Assembly: GCA_009859145.1 (NCBI GenBank)
Contig: VRVR01000010.1
Location: forward strand, 35,211 to 99,210
Source: Andalucia godoyi And28
Taxonomy: Eukaryota; Protista; Jakobida
Direction: 5' to 3'
DNA: 64,000 bases
Notes under the pieces: generated by a model
Told to the model about the DNA's origin: nothing
The model's database searches: none
What the model saw: only the letters and a program-made list of their open reading frames with translations
Translations under genes and position numbers: made by a program
Shown: positions 1 through 10,514 of the stretch, one piece after another
Layout: every line of letters starts with the position of its first letter
Position numbering within the stretch: position 1 is the first letter of the stretch

Positions 1-196
1 CATTGTTGATTATCTCTTCTTTTTTCTTTTTTTCCGTGTTTTTCTCTTCTTCTTGTTTTCTGCTTCCCCGCTTCTCCCTTCTTCGGTTGTGCATTTTCGA
101 CGTCTGCTTTGTCCGACAGCAGTCGACTGATCATTCTTTGCAGTTCGCAGGTTGTGCTCCTCTGAAGAAGAATATACTTTGGAGTTTCGACAAGAA

Positions 197-667
197 ATGG
201 CGGGCCCTTTGTCGTCGTCACCGTCGCTGCCGTCGTTGCGGTTGTTGCTGCTACAGATAGTCTTGTTCATTTTCTTGGCAACGGAAACTGTGTCTGGATG
301 CGCGTTCCAGTGTCCGTCGATGATGGAAGTCGCGCAGCCTCGACTGGGATATGCTCCAGTGCCGAATGGGTGTGGCTCTGCTGGAATGGCGGTCAAGCAT
401 GCCCAGTTTGAGTTTACTGCGTGCTGCAACATCCATGACAACTGCTATGGAACCTGTACGAAATCAAAGAAGACCTGCGATGACGACTTTCGAGCATGCA
501 TGGTCAAGTACTGCGAAGCCCAGTTCAAGAAGAACCATCCGTTGCAACCCGAGTGCATCCAGACCGCAAACATGTATCACATGGCCACTGCCTTCATGGG
601 CTGCAGCGCGTATCTCGACTCGCAAAAGGAGGCGTGTGAATGCGTCCTTCGTCATGACGAAGTGTAA
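197..667 (+). CDS. Secreted phospholipase A2, group XII-like
   Basis: Hydrophobic signal (LLLLQIVLFIFLA), PNGCGS Ca-binding loop, CCNIHDNCYGTC His-Asp catalytic motif, many Cys. ATG at 197 chosen over the TTG-started ORF at 152. Confidence 0.85.
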   Translation: MAGPLSSSPSLPSLRLLLLQIVLFIFLATETVSGCAFQCPSMMEVAQPRLGYAPVPNGCGSAGMAVKHAQFEFTACCNIHDNCYGTCTKSKKTCDDDFRACMVKYCEAQFKKNHPLQPECIQTANMYHMATAFMGCSAYLDSQKEACECVLRHDEV

Positions 668-855
668 CATCGTGATTCGTGACGGCTCATAATCTATGAC
701 AGGGAGAGTCCATGCGTAATTTTTCCCACTCTGATGACCAGTAATGAAACGTATTTATCAATTTTTTTAATTTTATTTATTTAATTAATTTTTTGGTTTT
801 TAATTATTGTTGTCTTTTTTTTCTTTGTTTGTTTTTTGTAGTAGAGCAGTTGTTG

Positions 856-1251
856 TTATTCATAATAACAGCCAAAGACCATCACGTTGACAAACATGGA
901 TGGCGTCTTTTGCGTGACGGAGACCGAGTTATCGTTTTCCTTGTCCCACAGACAGCGCGACGCCATGCGAACGCCCTGTCCTTTGAGCTGTCCGATGGTG
1001 GTCTGCACGACAAACTTGTAGTTTGGCAGATCAAGCTTCTTGAGCGCGTGCTGCACATCCCGGCTGATCTCCTTGCACACACCCGCCGCCTTGGATGCAT
1101 CGTAATCCCTGCTCTTTGACAACTTTTCTTCAAGAACGGCAGAAACTGTGGAGCGGACAGGAGCTTGCGAAAACCGCTTTCCGTCCACTGGAGACATGCG
1201 ATACGTGTTTTCATACACCTTGACGACTTGGGGCCTCAGATCGTCTTCCAT
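856..1251 (-). CDS. Tctex-1 family dynein light chain
   Basis: YENTY, RF..V, 'LPNYKFVVQTTIGQLKGQGVRMASRCLWDKENDNSVS', C-terminal FGCYYE are typical of the Tctex1 domain. Confidence 0.9.
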   Translation of the reverse strand: MEDDLRPQVVKVYENTYRMSPVDGKRFSQAPVRSTVSAVLEEKLSKSRDYDASKAAGVCKEISRDVQHALKKLDLPNYKFVVQTTIGQLKGQGVRMASRCLWDKENDNSVSVTQKTPSMFVNVMVFGCYYE

Positions 1252-1884
1252 TGTACCTCTCTTTTTCTTTCCTTCTCGGTTTTAATTTCTCGCACACTCT
1301 AAAAAAAAAAGCAAAGGAGGATTGGACTTGACGGGAGTTTGACGGGGCCGATAGATGGATGGATCTTATTTGGAAGAAATCGAAAACCAAGTGCTTGTTT
1401 ATGCAGAAGAAAAACCTGTTGAATGGCAGAGGACCGAATATTTTCACGATTCCCAACGAACTTGCTGCTCGTTTGCTGCTGTTGTGTTTTGGAGGGAGGG
1501 GAGTCGAACATAAATTCGGGCCCGATTTTTAACGCAAACTCGCACGCACGCTGACAGACTGACATTGCCACTGTGACATGACAGTTCACGTTTTTCGCAA
1601 ACCCAGAGCTTTGCTGCATTCCCAGGACCGTCTGTCAAATGCAGCTTCGTCATTTTTTGCAAAACACGTTTCACTCTGGTATTTCTTCCCTTTCTTTTTT
1701 CATTCTCTCCTGTTCCTTTCTTTGTTCCTTTTTCAGTATTACTCTTAATTGTTTCGCACGAGGCGTTCCGCAGATTGTAGAGCGTGCGTGGTCGTGTGTG
1801 AGCGAGTGTTTGTGTGCGAGTGAGTAAGTAAGTTGAGTGAGTAAGTGTAGAGGAAGAAAAAAAGAAGGAAAAAAGAAAAAGATA

Positions 1885-2814
1885 ATGCTGTCTTCTGTAA
1901 CTCGTCGATTCCATTCTTCTGCAAAGGTGTTCGTGAATGCCAAGACCAAGGTTATTTGCCAAGGTTTCACCGGCAAGCAAGGCACATTCCATTCGCAGCA
2001 GGCTCTCGAGTACGGCACTCGGATGGTGGGTGGTGTGACACCAGGAAAAGGAGGCTCTACTCATCTCGGACTTCCTGTTTTCAACTCGGTGATGGATGCC
2101 CGCAAAGCAACGGATTGCGATGCGTCGGTTATCTATGTGCCTCCTCCTTATGCCGCTGCGGCGATTGAAGAAGCCGTTGCTGCTGAAGTTCCGCTTGTTG
2201 TGTGCATCACAGAAGGAATTCCCCAGCACGACATGGTGCGCGTAAAGTCTGTCTTGCGCGATGCTGGTGGACGCACGAGGCTGATTGGACCGAACTGCCC
2301 CGGAATCATCAAGCCTGGCGAGTGCAAGATCGGAATTATGCCTGGATACATCCACAAGAAGGGCCGCATTGGAATTGTGTCTCGCTCCGGCACCCTCACG
2401 TATGAGGCTGTTGCACAGACCACCGCTGCAGGTCTCGGACAGTCGACATGTGTCGGAATTGGAGGAGATCCATTCAACGGAACGAACTTTATTGATGTGC
2501 TGGATCGCTTCCTCGTGGATCCCGAGACAGAGGGAATCATCATGATCGGAGAAATCGGAGGACAGGCAGAGGAGGAGGCCGCTCAGTTCCTGATTGACAA
2601 GAAGAACACGAAGCCCGTTGTAGGCTTCATTGCCGGAGTCACCGCACCACCAGGAAGACGAATGGGCCATGCAGGAGCAGTCATTTCGGGAGGAAAGGGA
2701 GACGCACAGACAAAGATGCGCGCCCTTAGAGACGCAGGAATCGAGGTTGTGAACTCGCCGGCCCAGATGGGTCGTGCGATGAAGCAGCTCTTTGAAAAGA
2801 AGGGAATGCTGTAA
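1885..2814 (+). CDS. SUCLG1: Succinyl-CoA ligase alpha subunit, mitochondrial
   Basis: [37 protein letters not shown] phospho-His motif; short leader [12 protein letters not shown]. Confidence 0.98.
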   Translation: MLSSVTRRFHSSAKVFVNAKTKVICQGFTGKQGTFHSQQALEYGTRMVGGVTPGKGGSTHLGLPVFNSVMDARKATDCDASVIYVPPPYAAAAIEEAVAAEVPLVVCITEGIPQHDMVRVKSVLRDAGGRTRLIGPNCPGIIKPGECKIGIMPGYIHKKGRIGIVSRSGTLTYEAVAQTTAAGLGQSTCVGIGGDPFNGTNFIDVLDRFLVDPETEGIIMIGEIGGQAEEEAAQFLIDKKNTKPVVGFIAGVTAPPGRRMGHAGAVISGGKGDAQTKMRALRDAGIEVVNSPAQMGRAMKQLFEKKGML

Positions 2815-2987
2815 AGAACGCGTATGATTTTGTTGCTTCCAATGATGACTTTTTCTCCTCTTGCTTTTTTGTCAGTTTCTGTCAACTTTTTTGTTTTTAT
2901 TTATTTATTTTTGATGGTCGGCGCTGCAAGTGTCGTTGGTTTTGCGGTCTTTGTCCTGTACAATCGTGCTCATGAATAGAATGGGAC

Positions 2988-4346
2988 TCAAGACGACGGG
3001 TAGATTTCCGCAAAATGTTGTCTGACAAACTGGGTTTCGCGCTCAGACAGCACACGATGAAGTGCTGGATCCGTTACGAACTGGGTCCATGGGACAAAAA
3101 AACATGCAACGAACGGCGGGATGAAAAATTTGCAGCCCCGGATAACAAAACACGAGAGGACAAGATTCATCCAGACCAGTGTGCGTTGCAACGATGCGAC
3201 GCTTACCATGCGTGCTCCTGGCGTCTGCTTGGTCAGGCTATCGTTCTTGAGCAGCTCGCTTCTGTGGAATCTGTCCAGAACAAGACACGAATACGTAGAC
3301 GCCATCACCGCAGACCCAAGGACGATGCGATGCCATGGAACCAAGATTCGCAGATTGCGGGTTCGAAACCATACGTAAGCAGCCGAGGCAAGCGACGCAA
3401 GGCCCGATCCCGCGTAGTCATAAAACGTATCGGGTAGCAGAACATTTCGATAAACAAGCGATGGAAAAACGGTTCGCGTGGTCATCAGCGTTCCTCGCTC
3501 GGTGTTGCTCTGTGATGCATCATGTCTTTTCTGCAAGTTCATTACGAGTGCCGCCAAGACAGCATCGGCGCTCTTGATGAGACTATCCTGATATGGATTG
3601 CTGGAATCTGCTGGGAGATCGCTCGCCGCCTGCGCAATCCTCTGTTGAACAGGAAGAACCGTGGTCAAAAGCTGGTCACGCATCTGGAGCCGAATGTACG
3701 GTTCGCTGGTTCGTGCCAGAATGGAGAACGTCGCTGCCAAGCACAGCAACGCTCGTGGATCTGCGGATGTAGAGGGGTCATTGAGACACCCAGAATTGGA
3801 AGCCAGCTTGCTGAACACGGATGTCATTTTGTTCTGCAGGAAATCCGAGTCCACGAGCAGTCTCTGGAATTCTGGAAGCGAAATCACAGCATCCAGATAG
3901 CGCACATGGAGATCCATTCCAAGATTGCTCAAAAACACTGTGCTTTCCCAAAACTCGGGTTTTGAAAACAGATCCATGACGACCTCGGGGATTGCAGGCA
4001 CATCTGATAGCACACCTTCCCACAGAAACCGACGGTACGACACGGAAATGTCGTTCCGGTTCATTTCCCGAACCAGCGACTCGATGATCCAGTCCCATGG
4101 ACCCGTCTCGGCAAGCACAACTCCTTCCTCAAGGTGCTGAAACAGGCCATCAAATGCCTGTTTCCGAACGGATTCATCAGCAGGACTGCTTGTGGATCGC
4201 TGTTGAACATCTGCAATTCGCTGAAGAACCGTCGCGGCATTCTTTGCCTCCTCAACATTGAACCAAAACGTCGATCCAACTACTCCGACTGCACAGCAAA
4301 TCGGAACAAAGAACCTCGGCCGCAGCGAATTCAATCTACCAGCCAT
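2988..4346 (-). CDS. Hypothetical membrane protein (452 aa), possibly mitochondrial
   Basis: Long clean ORF; Arg-rich leader MAGRLNSLRPRFF followed by a hydrophobic segment; helical middle and several C-terminal hydrophobic segments. No family recognised. Confidence 0.7.
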   Translation of the reverse strand: MAGRLNSLRPRFFVPICCAVGVVGSTFWFNVEEAKNAATVLQRIADVQQRSTSSPADESVRKQAFDGLFQHLEEGVVLAETGPWDWIIESLVREMNRNDISVSYRRFLWEGVLSDVPAIPEVVMDLFSKPEFWESTVFLSNLGMDLHVRYLDAVISLPEFQRLLVDSDFLQNKMTSVFSKLASNSGCLNDPSTSADPRALLCLAATFSILARTSEPYIRLQMRDQLLTTVLPVQQRIAQAASDLPADSSNPYQDSLIKSADAVLAALVMNLQKRHDASQSNTERGTLMTTRTVFPSLVYRNVLLPDTFYDYAGSGLASLASAAYVWFRTRNLRILVPWHRIVLGSAVMASTYSCLVLDRFHRSELLKNDSLTKQTPGARMVSVASLQRTLVWMNLVLSCFVIRGCKFFIPPFVACFFVPWTQFVTDPALHRVLSERETQFVRQHFAEIYPSS

Positions 4347-4352
4347 TCTCTC

Positions 4353-4413
4353 CTTCTTCTTCTCCTCTTCTTCTTCTTCTTCTTCTTCTTCTTCTTCTTC
4401 TTCTTCTTCTTCT
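4353..4413. repeat. (TTC)n microsatellite
   Basis: Direct read, in the spacer upstream of the 4346 start. Confidence 0.9.
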
Positions 4414-4528
4414 TTTTTTGTTTTGTTTTGTTGTGTTTTGTATCATTCTGTACACGACACTTTACGGGAACTTTGGGAATACAGTGATGTCCGTGGCGTG
4501 TGCGACTGTAGGACGTCACTACGGCAGC

Positions 4529-7500
4529 CTACAAGGTTGCATCCAAGAGACGCTTTCTGGCGACCAACACCATCCAGTTCTGTACATCGTGGCAATGAAG
4601 AAGGGTTGCGCTGATGGTCTCAAGAGACTTCTTGTATGGATGCACCACACTCTGGCGTTTCCGCAAGGTATCCAGGCCGAACAGTGCGTTGGATTCCGAC
4701 AATGGAGAGTCAGCAACAGGCCCCTCCGGATCGTATCGCCGTACTCCATCAAACAACGGCACAGCAATCGACGGAGCGTCGAGCTGATCGTGGTTCGCGT
4801 GCGATTCATCATCACGGTCGTCAGCAGCCGCATTTGTTAGCGCACTTGAATCTGCAGCAGATGCCACAGTCAGACCATCCGACCTGACGTCCAACGCTCG
4901 CCCTTGCGCAGGAGCGTTGCTGCCCGCAGGCCTTCCTGTCGAATCGCTTTTTGTGGATCCTGCATGACTGCGCGCAGTGGAATTGCCAGACGACGGATCG
5001 TGCTTGCTACTTCTGTTCTGGTCGGAACCACCCTTTCCGCCACCAGCACCAGATCCGCCGGGAGGTTTGCCATCGGATGGTGGCGGACTCGACTCATTCG
5101 CAATGGCCCCTACAATAGACCGAAGACGATTTGCGGCATAGGAAGTGTGCAAGCAGACAGGGGCTTCTGCAACGGCGCTCTCTGCATCTTGGACCGTCAT
5201 CTTCATCTCGCGTTTCTCGACACGTGTAGCCGTCCCAAAGAGGCGCGACACATGGGAAATCCACTCTGCGAACTCGCCGTGGATATACTCATCTTCATGA
5301 GGTCGGAACATTTCCTTCACGACCGTGGCGTCAATGAGATTTCTCGCGCTGCGCATGATCGTGAGCATTGTGCTTCGGACTTGCTGAAGACGGAGCCACT
5401 CCCGCGAGATTGGGATCCACGGATGGGCGTCCCACATTCCAGGGACCAACTGAACCAACTGCATTCCATGGACGACGTTAAAGGCCGTGCAGTCTCCGGC
5501 ACATCCCATCCATTCCTGCAAAATCTCCAAAAATGCATCCGCATAATGCAAAAACGGAGACAAAATGCCACAATCTGAGCAGCACTCGGAAATCAGACTT
5601 CGGAGATCGGACACCTGATCGGGCGTATGGGAGCTCAGTACTGCGTCGCGCAGCAATCCGACGCACTTTGCAATTCTGGGATGCGATTTCAGTAGCACAT
5701 CGTGCTCATCCTGGATCTCACGGGCCCACTCGACAGCATTTTCGATCGTGAACAGCTTGGTTTCCCCATTCTGCGGAAGACCGCTCGGAATGACGTGTTT
5801 GGGAGCGAGAGGGAGTTTCAGACTCTCTAGTACACCACCAGACGGCTGGTCAGGATCTTCCTGGGAAGCAGCCATCAACACCTGATGAATCCGCTTCCGA
5901 AATACACGCCGAACTCTGCTAGATGCCAAAAAGCGATGAAGTGCCAGCGACTGGTGAATGTTCATTGACGGATCAAGCTGCTCTGTGAACGACTCTGCTC
6001 CGTCTGCCGCATGATCCGTCTTCCACTTGTGCCAGATATCGCGGATTGTCGAATTTGAATCATCCATCGCTTCTGCGTCTGCGGACTTCTTTGTAGAAAC
6101 AGCAGCCGGGGCAGCAACAACACCGTCTTTTGGAGGACTCGATGTCTTCTTTCGGGGAGTGGTGTCCGCCAAAGCGTGCAGTTGCCGAGAGAGGGCAGAC
6201 ATGATATCATTGATATCATTTTCCAGAGCGTGAATCTCTTTCTCGGTGTCCTCTTGGGATGACAGCAGCTGCTCGGTAGTGGGCTGCGGCGTTGTCTTTG
6301 TCGCGACGCGGTTCGATGACGTCCGCGAAGCTCGCGTCAGCGTTGGCGTGGTGGCATCACGTTGCGCAACGGCTTCCGCGGTCCGCAAAACCGGTACTAT
6401 TGCAGGTCGATTGCTCGTACTGTTCGCTGTGGTATTCCTCGTACCCGCTCTAGCAGGCAAAGACACGACAGGTGAAGAACAGCTCGCAGATTGCGCATAT
6501 CGTGACTGAGCAGCTCGAATGTTTGGACTCCGGCCAGGAGGCCGGATTTTCCGTCGAAGAAGTGCCTGCTGAATGGCACTGTCTCCACTCGGCGTCTTCT
6601 TTTCGCTGGACGAAGGCAAACGAGGCATCGTGCTCAACTTCCGTTCTTGCAACTTTGACAGTTCGTGGAGAACTTCCTGCACTGTCGGGACTTCCTCCTC
6701 TTCCTCCTCTTCATCCCCCTGCTGCCGGTGTTGCTGTTGGTGGTGTTGCTCGTCACCTGCATCTCCAAGGTTGGAAGACCTTGGAACATGCGGTGACTCT
6801 TGGACAGAGAGCACATCCTCTTTACCGACCTTCGGGTGGACGGAAGCTGATTTCTTTCCAGGACTAATGCTGCCCGTGGATTTGAACAATTCCCAGTGTT
6901 TCAACAGCTCTGTCCGCACGGTGCCATACTCCTCGGTCCTCCACGGACAGAGCGCTGAGAATGAAGACTTGAGGTTCGAGATCCAATCTCCACATTCGTA
7001 CCATTCTGAAGCGTCCTGAAAGTCCTCGTGGAAGCACGCCATGTAGCCCAGAACCAGAGACTGGATTCTGGCTGCTGCAAACAACTGGCTCACAAACAAC
7101 AGTGCGAACGCAGATTCATGGGTGATTCCATAGTCCGTAAACACTCTTTTGAACTTGTCCAAGTCCGCAGAGTACTTTGTTGTCGCTGCTTGTCTTTCCA
7201 AGGACGTCCACTGCTTCTTCAGAACTCGTTCTTTGGAAAGCAAGTCGATTTTTTCCAGAATCTCGTCGTGTGTTGAACTGACAATGCTATCCATCCGCGC
7301 ATCCTTGTCACTTGGACTGGAATTGTTATTCTGAATGCGAAGATTGAGCAGCTGAGAAAGCTTGTCTTTCATCTTCAACTTGGCTTCGCTCACGATCTCG
7401 GCCTCCATGTCATCTTGTCGCGGATTCAAATCATCCAGCACGTGCATCGTAGTCGCAAACAACACCGCGGAGGAAAGCAAGTTTAGCGCTTCTTCCAAAT

Positions 7501-7750
7501 TGACCTGCGCCATGAGGTGCCCAAACACGCGGTACGGATGCTCGATGTCTGCGCGACATACAATGGAGTCCGGCCCGAGGTTCAGAGATGGAATATCCAC
7601 CAAAACAGAAGGGTGTTCTCTCACAAGAAGTCGGTCTGCAATCACATCCGAGTGCTCAATCGACGGCGTTCGCGGAAACAGCAGCGTAGCATCCCGAGGA
7701 GGCGTGTGTGAAAAGACAATGGTCACTCGTACAAGATCAGGAACTCGCAT
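4529..7750 (-). CDS. Large hypothetical protein (~1073 aa)
   Basis: Long ORF from ATG 7750 (MRVPDLV); helical domains separated by Ser/Thr/Pro-rich linkers. No family recognised. Confidence 0.75.
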   Translation of the reverse strand: MRVPDLVRVTIVFSHTPPRDATLLFPRTPSIEHSDVIADRLLVREHPSVLVDIPSLNLGPDSIVCRADIEHPYRVFGHLMAQVNLEEALNLLSSAVLFATTMHVLDDLNPRQDDMEAEIVSEAKLKMKDKLSQLLNLRIQNNNSSPSDKDARMDSIVSSTHDEILEKIDLLSKERVLKKQWTSLERQAATTKYSADLDKFKRVFTDYGITHESAFALLFVSQLFAAARIQSLVLGYMACFHEDFQDASEWYECGDWISNLKSSFSALCPWRTEEYGTVRTELLKHWELFKSTGSISPGKKSASVHPKVGKEDVLSVQESPHVPRSSNLGDAGDEQHHQQQHRQQGDEEEEEEEVPTVQEVLHELSKLQERKLSTMPRLPSSSEKKTPSGDSAIQQALLRRKIRPPGRSPNIRAAQSRYAQSASCSSPVVSLPARAGTRNTTANSTSNRPAIVPVLRTAEAVAQRDATTPTLTRASRTSSNRVATKTTPQPTTEQLLSSQEDTEKEIHALENDINDIMSALSRQLHALADTTPRKKTSSPPKDGVVAAPAAVSTKKSADAEAMDDSNSTIRDIWHKWKTDHAADGAESFTEQLDPSMNIHQSLALHRFLASSRVRRVFRKRIHQVLMAASQEDPDQPSGGVLESLKLPLAPKHVIPSGLPQNGETKLFTIENAVEWAREIQDEHDVLLKSHPRIAKCVGLLRDAVLSSHTPDQVSDLRSLISECCSDCGILSPFLHYADAFLEILQEWMGCAGDCTAFNVVHGMQLVQLVPGMWDAHPWIPISREWLRLQQVRSTMLTIMRSARNLIDATVVKEMFRPHEDEYIHGEFAEWISHVSRLFGTATRVEKREMKMTVQDAESAVAEAPVCLHTSYAANRLRSIVGAIANESSPPPSDGKPPGGSGAGGGKGGSDQNRSSKHDPSSGNSTARSHAGSTKSDSTGRPAGSNAPAQGRALDVRSDGLTVASAADSSALTNAAADDRDDESHANHDQLDAPSIAVPLFDGVRRYDPEGPVADSPLSESNALFGLDTLRKRQSVVHPYKKSLETISATLLHCHDVQNWMVLVARKRLLDATL

Positions 7751-8113
7751 TACCAACTTTGTCTTTGTCTCTGTCGTCGTCTCCTCGACTTCTTCTTCTT
7801 CTTCTTCTTCTTCCTCTCCTTTTTGAACCCCGCAACGACTCCAAAACAACAGCAATCCCAGCCAAAACACCTGGAACCGACCAAAAAAGGCGCAGGGTTT
7901 TTCAGGAGGAAAAGGCAAAAACAAAAAATCGTTGGGGGGGGAGAGGCTGACTAGCATCAAGCCAAGGAACGAAAGAACGGCACCCGATTTGTTTTATATA
8001 TTTTTGGAAAACATGAAAAAATCGCTACGAGTGGATGGATTATCACTTTCCATCATTGGAATTGGAATTCGGCCTTGTTTTCCCTTTTCTTTTTGGAAAA
8101 GAAAACCGGTAGA

Positions 8114-8926
8114 ATGGCGCAACGGCTTGCAGGAAAAGTGGCGCTACTTACAGGGGCTGCAGTGGGACTTGGAAAGGGAGTTGCGGAGGCATTCGTTCGT
8201 GAGGGTGCCAAGGTTGCAATCTGCGATTTAAACCTCGCTGCTGCCGAGTCATGCGCAAAAGAGCTTCGGGCCAAGGGGTTCTCGGCAATCCCTGTGAAGA
8301 TGGACGTGTCTTCGGAAGTCGATGTTGTGAAGGGCATCCAGCATACCATTCACGAGCTCGGAAAGATTGATGTTTTGCTCAACAATGCAGGGTTTCAGCA
8401 CATCGTTGCGATCAAGGACTGTGAGTATGGGATGTTCAAAAAGATGCTTGAAGTGCATGTCGGCGGTGCGTTCCTCTGCACTCGAGAAGTACTGCGCCAC
8501 TTTGTGGAGCGTGCTGAAAAGGAAAAGAACGGAAAGCTGTTGGGTGCAACGATCCTCAACATGGGATCCGCACATTCAAAGACCGTTTCGCCACTCAAGG
8601 CCCCGTACTGCACGGCGAAGCATGCACTTGTGGGTCTGACTCGATCGACCGCATTGGAAGGCGCACAGTACGGTGTCCGATCGAACCTGGTTTGCCCAGG
8701 ATTTGTGCTCACGGATCTTGTCAAGAAACAGATTCCAGAACAAGCACAGGCGCTCGGAATCTCAGAAGACGACGTCATCAAGAAGGTCATGCTCAAGAAC
8801 ACCGTCGACGGCGAGTTTTCAACTGTCGAAGATATTGCAGAAGCCTGTGTGTTTCTCGCTGCCCATCCTACAAACGTCCTTACAGGACAATCTATGATCC
8901 TGTCCCACGGATGGGTTATGGAGTAG
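8114..8926 (+). CDS. bdhA: D-3-hydroxybutyrate dehydrogenase, bacterial BdhA-type SDR
   Basis: TGAAVGLG, NNAGFQH, MGSAHS, SPLKAPYCTAKH (YxxxK), CPGFVLTDLVKKQIPEQAQALGISEDDVIKKVML and LTGQS..SHGW match the proteobacterial BdhA signature. Confidence 0.9.
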   Translation: MAQRLAGKVALLTGAAVGLGKGVAEAFVREGAKVAICDLNLAAAESCAKELRAKGFSAIPVKMDVSSEVDVVKGIQHTIHELGKIDVLLNNAGFQHIVAIKDCEYGMFKKMLEVHVGGAFLCTREVLRHFVERAEKEKNGKLLGATILNMGSAHSKTVSPLKAPYCTAKHALVGLTRSTALEGAQYGVRSNLVCPGFVLTDLVKKQIPEQAQALGISEDDVIKKVMLKNTVDGEFSTVEDIAEACVFLAAHPTNVLTGQSMILSHGWVME

Positions 8927-9422
8927 CGCTTCCTAGACCGAGCACAGTTCTGCTGCATCCTCATCCTCTCTCTGGAGGAATGCGAAACATTCCACCACTA
9001 CTACTACAAAACAAAAACAAAAAAGAACATTACCATTAACACACCGGACGAGCTACATTTCGAAACTCCCCGAGGAGAGGATGGATGAAGAAAAACAAAA
9101 AGACAAATGAAGACAAAAATACGATTTTTTATATTTTTGTACGAGACCTTTTAGAAATATTCGGCAATACGAAAATGACGAAAATACACAATGATAGCGA
9201 CGTGAGAAAAAGAAGACGGTGAAAAAAGTGACAGATGGACGCTTGGAGAGTCACGGGCAGCACATACGACAAACGAATTCAAAATCAAAAATCAAAACGG
9301 AAGAGAGAGAGAGGGGGGGGAAGGACAAGGACAAGGACACAAATATAAACAAAGAGACAAAATAAAATAATATTCGCGGAACATCAAGTACACAGCGAAG
9401 CGGAATCAAAAAGTCTGGTTGA

Positions 9423-10514
9423 CTAATTCTGCTTGGTGCTGCCGTTTGCAAAGTGCGAGATCATATTGTAAACAGTTATGATCTGCGGGCCCAGCTTGGT
9501 AGCATACGCAGGCGACGAGAATCCCCACCAATCAAAGCAGCCCTTTGGATTCTGGGCAGTGGTCTCGGCCTGCGGGAACAAAATAATCATATTGTTGGAT
9601 TCTGCATAGCGGATGTACTTGGACTTCTCGACGAACAGCAACCCAATGTCCGCGATGGTCATTTCACATCCGTGCATGGCAACGTGGATCTTGCACTTTG
9701 CGCCTGGAGTCTGGCAGACAGACGGAATGTACACATATGCGGACTCACCCAGCGAGATCAGATCGTGTGACACAACAATCTTTGGCATGAACGCTGTCTG
9801 ATCAAATTCATACAGGTTTTCGAGCTTTGCTTCCGCTGCAGGAGCATTGACGCTGCCATACAGCTGTGTCAACATGTCTCCAACGGAGTCAAAGCCACAA
9901 TTGTTCATAAAGGGCGAGCCAAGGAAGTCGCAAGTCGATCCAAAATCATCCGTGGCGAGCGCATGCTCGGCCGGAATGTCGTATCGCGCCTTGATTCTCA
10001 TCGGATCCACATAATGTTCATAGTACTGCTGCAACTTCTTCACGACTCCTTGCTCGACAATCGAATCCTCGGACCCTGAAAACACATATACATTCGTGTT
10101 CTTCATGTTGGACGTCGCATCAATCGACAGGGCTACCTCTGCGTAGTCCGTCGCTGCAATCAGCGCATCAATGGAGATAAGCTCGGGCTGCGACATGCAT
10201 GCAGTAGTTGCAACAGCGACGTTCGCACCCGCACACCAGTAAGGACCGCCGGCAAACACCCCTACTCCCTTCACAAGCGAAGAGTACGACACTTGGAACT
10301 GAACGGCAAAATATCCGCCAGCCGAAAGTCCCGAGATTGTCAGCTGTGAGATATCTGCAATGTTCGACGGAAGATCCGATGTACTGTTCACAACCGTGTG
10401 CCAACTGCCCATCGCTTGTCCAAACGAGGAAATGGACCCGCTTGCAACACAAAGACAGGCAAAAAGCACAGCAATGTGAACCATGGAAAACGCAGAAAAA
10501 CAAGAACTCGACAT
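9423..10514 (-). CDS. Secreted PHB depolymerase-like esterase (type II catalytic domain, fungal/PhaZ-like)
   Basis: Signal peptide (VHIAVLFACLCVASG), early lipase box ISGLSAGG, VFSGSEDSIV (Asp), PAEHAL (His), CKIHVAMHGC, LFPQA, NPKGCFDWWG. No C-terminal substrate-binding domain. Start could be 10484 or 10514. Confidence 0.8.
   Translation of the reverse strand: MSSSCFSAFSMVHIAVLFACLCVASGSISSFGQAMGSWHTVVNSTSDLPSNIADISQLTISGLSAGGYFAVQFQVSYSSLVKGVGVFAGGPYWCAGANVAVATTACMSQPELISIDALIAATDYAEVALSIDATSNMKNTNVYVFSGSEDSIVEQGVVKKLQQYYEHYVDPMRIKARYDIPAEHALATDDFGSTCDFLGSPFMNNCGFDSVGDMLTQLYGSVNAPAAEAKLENLYEFDQTAFMPKIVVSHDLISLGESAYVYIPSVCQTPGAKCKIHVAMHGCEMTIADIGLLFVEKSKYIRYAESNNMIILFPQAETTAQNPKGCFDWWGFSSPAYATKLGPQIITVYNMISHFANGSTKQN

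Noticed and set aside
1444-2670. 408 aa antisense ORF over SUCLG1 (likewise 47973-48809 over ATP2, 12695-13855, 40730-41776, 56509-57675)
   Set aside because: Shadow frames of real genes caused by codon bias; no independent motifs.
1885-2814. SUCLG1 as part of the PHB/ketolysis cluster (succinyl-CoA recycling for SCOT)
   Set aside because: Separated by two unrelated genes and 5 kb; a core TCA gene, so proximity is probably chance.
7751-7960. N-terminal extensions given by the ORF track (also 14705-14869, 19485-19652, 49578-49982)
   Set aside because: Non-ATG starts running through low-complexity spacer; eukaryotic ATG starts lie downstream.
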